Both the position numbers and the translations under genes were made by a program. The notes beneath the pieces are model-generated. The model was not told the origin of the DNA and did not search any database. It saw nothing but the letters and a program-made list of their open reading frames with translations. From positions 35,593 to 99,592 of the forward strand of contig CAXEHU010000097.1 in NCBI GenBank assembly GCA_963996595.1: a DNA stretch of 64,000 bases, in the 5' to 3' direction. Shown here in pieces: positions 59,041 to 64,000 of the stretch. The DNA comes from an uncultured Curvibacter sp. Lineage in GTDB: Bacteria; Pseudomonadota; Gammaproteobacteria; Burkholderiales; Burkholderiaceae_C. The number at the start of each line of letters is the position of its first letter. Position 1 is the first letter of the stretch.

Positions 59041-59826
59041 ATGGACCGTCGTCATTTTTTCCAGAACACCGCCCTGGTGACCACCGGCGCGCTCGCGGGT
59101 TGCGCGCTGCCCGGCGTGGCGCAGAACAAGCCCAAGACGCCCTTCGACGTGGGCGACACCTACATCCCCATCGTCGGCAGCGACGAGATGTTCCCCGTAC
59201 GCCGCATCTACTGCATCGGGCGCAACTACCGTGCCCACGCCATCGAAATGGGCTCCAACCCGGACCGTGAGCCCCCGTTCTTCTTCCAGAAACCCACCGA
59301 CGCCATCCAGTACGTGGCCGCGGGGACCGTGGCCGACCACCCTTATCCGACGCTGACCAAGAACTACCACTACGAGGCCGAACTCGTGGCCTGCCTGGGC
59401 AAGGGCGGCAAGAACATTCCGGTGGAGAAGGCCTTGGACCTGGTCTACGGCTACACCCTGGGACTGGACATGACACGGCGCGACCTGCAGCGTGCCATGG
59501 GCGACCAGAAGAAGCCGTGGGAAATCGGCAAAAGCTTTGACCGTTCGGCCGTCATCGGTGCTGTGCATCGCCTCGCGCAGACCGGGCATTTCACGCAAGG
59601 CAATATCTGGCTCAAGGTCAACGGACAGACCAAGCAGAATGCCGACCTCAAGCAGATGATCTGGAGCGTGGCGGAGCAGATCAGCCAGCTTTCGCACGCG
59701 AACGAGCTCTTCCCCGGCGACATCATCTACTCGGGCACACCCGAGAACGTCGGGCCGGTGGTCAAGGGGGACGTCATCGAGATGCACATCGACGGGCTGC
59801 CCAACCTCAGCGTACGCATCGTCTGA
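59041..59826 (+). CDS. Fumarylacetoacetate hydrolase (FAH)-family protein with a Tat/lipoprotein-like N-terminal extension
   Basis: FPVRRIYCIGRNYRAHAIEMG...PPFFFQKP is the FAH-family core. It is preceded by MDRRHFFQNTALVTTGALAGCALPG. GAAGGAGA RBS. Confidence 0.85.
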   Translation: MDRRHFFQNTALVTTGALAGCALPGVAQNKPKTPFDVGDTYIPIVGSDEMFPVRRIYCIGRNYRAHAIEMGSNPDREPPFFFQKPTDAIQYVAAGTVADHPYPTLTKNYHYEAELVACLGKGGKNIPVEKALDLVYGYTLGLDMTRRDLQRAMGDQKKPWEIGKSFDRSAVIGAVHRLAQTGHFTQGNIWLKVNGQTKQNADLKQMIWSVAEQISQLSHANELFPGDIIYSGTPENVGPVVKGDVIEMHIDGLPNLSVRIV

Positions 59827-59917
59827 CCGGGCCTGCCCGGCATCGGGGGACCGCGTTTTCGCGACGCGGTCCCTTTTTTGCGTATCCTTGAGGGTTCTGC
59901 GCCCCTGCGCTTTCGCC

Positions 59918-61039
59918 ATGAACCCGATCCAGCTCTTCGACCCGGCCTCCAGCACTTACACCTATCTGCTCTTCGATGCCGGTACGCGTGAGGCGTTGAT
60001 CATCGACCCGGTGGACGAGCAGCTGGAACGCGACCTGGGCGTGCTGCGTGTGTATGGCCTGCGCCTGGTGCTCGCCGTCGAAACCCATGCCCATGCCGAC
60101 CATGTGACCAGCGCCGGCCTGCTGGTCGAACACACCGGTGCGCGTACGGCTGCCCCGGAAGGCTGCGGCATCCGCACTGCGGCCCTGCAGCTGCGCGACG
60201 GCGCCGAACTGCATTTCGGTCGCGAACGCATCCGGGCCCTGCACACACCGGGCCACACCGCGGGCAGCATGTGCTATCTCTGGGAAAGCGGCGGCCTGCG
60301 CCATGTCTTCACGGGCGACACCCTGCTCATCAATGGCTGCGGCCGCACAGATTTCCAGTCCGGTGATGCGGCGGCGCTGTACCGCAGCATCACGGAAAAG
60401 CTGTTCACGCTGCCCGAGGACACGCTGGTCTGGCCTGGCCACGACTACCAGGGCCGCGAGAACAGCAGCATCGGCGCCGAAAAGCGCGGCAATGCCCGCC
60501 TGGCTGGCAAACTCGAAGAATTCACCACCCTCATGCAGGAACTCCAGCTCCCCAGACCCCGCCGCATCGACGAAGCCGTGCCCGCCAATCAGCAGTCCGG
60601 TCTGCGCCATGACGCAGGCGGCGCCTCGCTGCAGACCGTGCGGCCGGCCGAAGGCTATGCCGGCAACATCCCGCCCCAGCTCGCCTGGCAGTGGGTGCAG
60701 GAAGGTGTGGGCGTGATCATCGACGTGCGCACCGACGCCGAGCGCGAGTGGGTCGGTTTTGTGCCCGACGCGGTCGGCCTGGCGTGGAAGCAGTGGCCCG
60801 GCATGCAGCTGAACCCGGATTTCGACACCGCGCTGCGCGCTGCCGTGCCGCTGGGCAAGAAGGCGCTCATGCTCTGCCGCAGCGGCGTGCGTTCGATTGC
60901 CGCTGCCAAGCGCGCCACCGAGCTCGGCCTGGAGGCCTACAACATCCTCGAGGGCTTTGAGGGCGATCCCGATGAACATGCGCAGCGCGGTCGCAAGGGC
61001 GGCTGGCGCTTCCACGGTCTGCCCTGGCGCCAGGGCTGA
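59918..61039 (+). CDS. Persulfide dioxygenase (ETHE1-like MBL fold) fused to a rhodanese domain
   Basis: [14 protein letters not shown] and TPGHTAGS (metallo-beta-lactamase fold) are followed by a C-terminal rhodanese with the active-site loop CRSGVRS. Confidence 0.85.
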   Translation: MNPIQLFDPASSTYTYLLFDAGTREALIIDPVDEQLERDLGVLRVYGLRLVLAVETHAHADHVTSAGLLVEHTGARTAAPEGCGIRTAALQLRDGAELHFGRERIRALHTPGHTAGSMCYLWESGGLRHVFTGDTLLINGCGRTDFQSGDAAALYRSITEKLFTLPEDTLVWPGHDYQGRENSSIGAEKRGNARLAGKLEEFTTLMQELQLPRPRRIDEAVPANQQSGLRHDAGGASLQTVRPAEGYAGNIPPQLAWQWVQEGVGVIIDVRTDAEREWVGFVPDAVGLAWKQWPGMQLNPDFDTALRAAVPLGKKALMLCRSGVRSIAAAKRATELGLEAYNILEGFEGDPDEHAQRGRKGGWRFHGLPWRQG

Positions 61040-61068
61040 GCCTCACCACCTACCGGATACCGTCCACC

Positions 61069-61839
61069 ATGTCTTTTCTGGCCATCGACGTCGGCAACAC
61101 CCGCCTCAAATGGGCACTGTTCGAGGGACCCCACCCTGGTGCACGGGCCATCGCCCAGGGCGCGGAGTTCCTCGACCACATCGACCGCCTGGCCGAGACC
61201 GCCTGGGCGCGTCTGCCGGCGCCACGCTGCATGCTGGGCTGTGTGGTGGCCAGCGACGCCGTGAAACACCGGGTGGAAGCACAGATGGAGCAATGGGACA
61301 TCTCGCCCCAGTGGGTCATCGCCAGCCATGAAGAGGCCGGCCTGAGCAATGGCTACGACCATCCCGCGCGTCTGGGGCCGGACCGTTGGGTGGCCATGAT
61401 CGGGGCCTGGCACCGCATGCAGGCCCTGGGGCCGCGCCGCCCCATCGTGGTCTCCATGGTGGGTACGGCGGTCACGGTGGAGGCCATTGATGCGCAGGGC
61501 AAGTTCCTCGGGGGCTACATCCTGCCGGGTCACGGCATCATGCTGCGCGCGCTGGAGTCCGGCACGGCGGGCCTGCACGTGCCCACCGGCGAGGTCCGCC
61601 CCTTCCCCACCAACACCAGCGATGCGCTCACCAGTGGCGGCACCTACGCGATTGCCGGCGCCATGGAGCGCATGGTGCAACATGTGCGCGCCCACTGCGG
61701 GGCTGAGCCCTGGTGCGTGATGGCCGGTGGTGCGGGCTGGAAGATGGCGCCCAGCCTGGCGACGCCCTTCGAGCTGCGCGACACGCTGATCTTTGACGGC
61801 CTGCTGCAGATCGCGGCGCATCGCGGCCTGGGCCGTTGA
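61069..61839 (+). CDS. coaX: Type III pantothenate kinase
   Basis: [18 protein letters not shown] is the typical CoaX N-terminus. 256 aa, with GTAVTVEAI and G..PG motifs. Confidence 0.88.
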   Translation: MSFLAIDVGNTRLKWALFEGPHPGARAIAQGAEFLDHIDRLAETAWARLPAPRCMLGCVVASDAVKHRVEAQMEQWDISPQWVIASHEEAGLSNGYDHPARLGPDRWVAMIGAWHRMQALGPRRPIVVSMVGTAVTVEAIDAQGKFLGGYILPGHGIMLRALESGTAGLHVPTGEVRPFPTNTSDALTSGGTYAIAGAMERMVQHVRAHCGAEPWCVMAGGAGWKMAPSLATPFELRDTLIFDGLLQIAAHRGLGR

Positions 61840-61854
61840 CGCCGCCGCGCGCGG

Positions 61855-63048
61855 TCAGCGGCCGGCCGCTAGCCAGCCTTCTGCCAGTTGCACCCAGTAG
61901 GTGGCGCCGAGCGGGATCAGCTCGTCATTGAAGTCGTAGCTCGGGTTGTGCAGGGTGCAGGGCCCGCCGCCATGCCCCATCTCGCGGTGCACCCCGTCGC
62001 CGTTGCCGATGAAGGCGTAGGCCCCCGGCTTGGCGAGCAACATGTAGGCGAAGTCCTCGGCGCCCATGGTGGGCTCCTGCTTGAGCACGCGGTCCTCGCC
62101 CACGATGCCAGCCATCACGCGGCGCGCGAATTCGACCTCGCGCTCGGAATTGATCGTCGGCGGGTAGTTGCGTTCGAACTCGAAGTCGCAGCGCGCGCCG
62201 AAGACCGCACAGGTGTGCTCGGCCACCTCGCGCATGCGCGCCTCGATCTTGTCCAGCACCTCCAGCGTGAACGTGCGCACCGTACCCTGCAGCTCGCAGC
62301 TGTCGGCGATGACGTTGGTGGCCTCGCCTGAATGGATCATGGTCACCGAGATCACGCCGGCCTCGATGGGCTTGATGTTGCGGCTGATGATGGTCTGGAA
62401 AGCCTGCACCATCTGGCAGGCCACGAGCACCGGGTCCACCGCGTTATGCGGCATGGCGGCATGGCCGCCCTTGCCGCGGATGGTGATCTTGAATTCGTTG
62501 CTCGAGGCCATGACCGGCCCGGGGCTCAGCGCAAAGCTGCCGGCGGGCATGCCCGGCCAGTTGTGCATGCCGAACACGGCTTCCATCGGGAATTTCTCGA
62601 ACAGGCCGTCCTTGATCATGCGGTCGGCACCGCCGCCGCCCTCCTCGGCCGGCTGGAAGATCAGGTAGACCGTGCCGTCGAAGTTGCGCTGCTGCGCCAG
62701 ATGCTGCGCCGCGGCCAGCAGCATGGCCGTATGGCCGTCGTGTCCGCAGGCGTGCATCTTGCCGGCATGCTGGCTGGTGTGGGCGAAGGTGTTTTTCTCC
62801 TGCAGCGGCAAGGCGTCCATGTCGGCGCGCAGACCGATGGCACGGGCACTGCTGCCGTTCTTGACGATGCCCACCACGCCGGTCCCGCCCAGGCCGCGGT
62901 GCACGGGAATGCCCCAGGCCGTGAGCTGCTGCGCCACCAGCTCGGAGGTACGGTGTTCCTCAAAACAGAGTTCGGGATGGGCGTGGATGTCACGCCGTAG
63001 GGCCGCAATGCCGGCGGACTGGGCGACGATGGAATCGATGACCTTCAT
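61855..63048 (-). CDS. M20-family amidohydrolase (hippurate hydrolase / N-acyl-amino-acid amidohydrolase-like)
   Basis: RRDIHAHPELCFEE, RADMDALP, ACGHDGH and FQPAEEGGGG are hallmark M20D motifs. Confidence 0.9.
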   Translation of the reverse strand: MKVIDSIVAQSAGIAALRRDIHAHPELCFEEHRTSELVAQQLTAWGIPVHRGLGGTGVVGIVKNGSSARAIGLRADMDALPLQEKNTFAHTSQHAGKMHACGHDGHTAMLLAAAQHLAQQRNFDGTVYLIFQPAEEGGGGADRMIKDGLFEKFPMEAVFGMHNWPGMPAGSFALSPGPVMASSNEFKITIRGKGGHAAMPHNAVDPVLVACQMVQAFQTIISRNIKPIEAGVISVTMIHSGEATNVIADSCELQGTVRTFTLEVLDKIEARMREVAEHTCAVFGARCDFEFERNYPPTINSEREVEFARRVMAGIVGEDRVLKQEPTMGAEDFAYMLLAKPGAYAFIGNGDGVHREMGHGGGPCTLHNPSYDFNDELIPLGATYWVQLAEGWLAAGR

Positions 63049-63082
63049 GGATGGGAGTCTAGCCCTTCGCTCGCCCCTCTGT

Positions 63083-63104
63083 CAGCCGGGGATATCCCCG
63101 GCTG
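63083..63104. terminator. 22-bp perfect palindrome between the binding-protein gene and the M20 gene (hairpin, weak T-run)
   Basis: CAGCCGGGGAT|ATCCCCGGCTG, 9 nt downstream of the stop at 63114. No proper T-run on the minus strand. Confidence 0.45.
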
Positions 63105-63113
63105 TCTTCAGGT

Positions 63114-64000
63114 TCAGGTGCGCACGCGACCGTCGCCGGTCAGCATCGAGAGCTCGACAAAGCTCGACGCCACGTGGTTGCTGGCCGAGAAGTTGACCTG
63201 AAAGCCGCCCAGGCTCTGGTTGCCGATGGATTCGATGCCCTGGATCAGGGCGTCTCGGCTGCCGATACGGTTGCCTGCACGCTTGAGGCCCTCGGTCACG
63301 ACCTTGGCGGCCAGGTAGCCCTCCATGCTGGAGAAGTTGGCCTGCACATTGCCGGCCTTCTTGACCGCATCGGCAAACTCGCGGGCTATCGGTCGTGCCG
63401 GGTAGTAGGGCGAGGGCATGACCTGGGACACCACAACACCCGCGCCGTCCTTGCCCAGCTCATCGGCCAGGGCCTGCGTACCCACAAAAGAGACGTTGTA
63501 GAACGTGCCGCCATAGCCGGATGCGCGTGCGGCACGGATGTAGGCAGCGCAGGCTTTGTAGGCGCTGATCTGCACCACGGCGTCGGGCATGGCGGCGTTG
63601 ATGGTGCGCACAGCGGCTGCAACGTCCACCGAGTTGCGTTCCACCGTGGCCGTGGCCACGGGTTTGAGGCCCTGCTTTTCCAGGGCCAGCGTCACGCCGT
63701 CCAGTCCAGCTTTGCCGTAGGCATCGTTCTGGTGGAAGACGGCGATCTTCTTCAGGCCCAGGTTGGTGAGCTGGCGCACGATCAGCGCCGTCTCGTCGTT
63801 GTAGGAGGCGCGCAGGTGGAAGACCTGCTTGTTGAAGGGCTCGCGCAGCCCCATGGCCCCGGTGAACGGGGCGATGAAAGGCACCTGCGCCTTGGTCAGC
63901 AGCGGCAGCGCGGCCAGGCTGGTGGGGGTGCCGATGTAGCCGAACAGCGCGTGCACGTCTTCCGCGATCAGCTTTTGCGTGTTGGCTGCGCAGCGGTCGG
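63114..64000 (-). CDS. Liv-type ABC transporter substrate-binding protein. C-terminal part only; the N-terminus lies beyond the right window edge.
   Basis: The reading frame stays open upstream of the GTG at 63956 listed in the track (...CAANTQKLIAEDVHALFGYIGTPTS), so the gene continues past 64000. The pattern is type-I PBP-like. Confidence 0.85.
   Translation of the reverse strand, partial: DRCAANTQKLIAEDVHALFGYIGTPTSLAALPLLTKAQVPFIAPFTGAMGLREPFNKQVFHLRASYNDETALIVRQLTNLGLKKIAVFHQNDAYGKAGLDGVTLALEKQGLKPVATATVERNSVDVAAAVRTINAAMPDAVVQISAYKACAAYIRAARASGYGGTFYNVSFVGTQALADELGKDGAGVVVSQVMPSPYYPARPIAREFADAVKKAGNVQANFSSMEGYLAAKVVTEGLKRAGNRIGSRDALIQGIESIGNQSLGGFQVNFSASNHVASSFVELSMLTGDGRVRT

Overview
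The window is a high-GC chromosomal segment that looks betaproteobacterial (Burkholderiales/Comamonadaceae-like). This is an inference from gene content: four orphan Bug/TctC-type solute receptors, two Liv-type ABC operons, a TRAP transporter, IcmF and HtpG. All functional calls come from motifs I recognise by eye in the supplied translations and from codon-position GC. No database or profile search was possible. About 55 protein genes are supportable, and most long opposite-strand ORFs in the track are GC-driven shadow ORFs. I found no rRNA, tRNA, CRISPR array, transposase or integrase.

Layout:
- 0-15 kb: a CoA-transferase, Bug receptors, a lower-GC LysR/LysE pair, and a Liv-type ABC operon flanked by two acyl-CoA ligase genes.
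- 15-23 kb: a TonB-dependent receptor, then three repeats of the unit periplasmic beta-propeller (PQQ-type) dehydrogenase, terminator hairpin, c-type cytochrome.
- 23-26 kb: a pseudouridine synthase and htpG with a sigma-32-like promoter.
- 26.2-30.5 kb: a low-GC two-gene islet.
- 30.6-37.4 kb: a hydrolase lipoprotein, a second Liv-type operon and a cytochrome c.
- 37.4-41 kb: accessory genes, including a HigB/HigA-like toxin-antitoxin pair.
- 41-50 kb: Bug receptors, SrkA, an HD-GYP protein, a predicted pseudokinase-USP fusion coupled to a metallophosphoesterase, and a GMC oxidoreductase.
- 50-64 kb: IcmF preceded by a 26-bp perfect palindrome, a TRAP system whose DctM carries a large insertion, a Tat-signal FAH-family protein, a persulfide dioxygenase-rhodanese fusion, coaX, an M20 amidohydrolase and a partial binding-protein gene.

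The most interesting element is the islet at 26.2-30.5 kb. It encodes a 267-aa protein with a PD-(D/E)xK-like nuclease signature, followed 8 nt later by a 1049-aa Ski2/Hel308-like SF2 helicase. It sits directly after the htpG terminator and has no mobility genes. I interpret it as a nuclease-helicase anti-phage module, either a divergent Hachiman-type (HamA/HamB-like) system or an unclassified relative. Confirming this needs profile searches and experiments.
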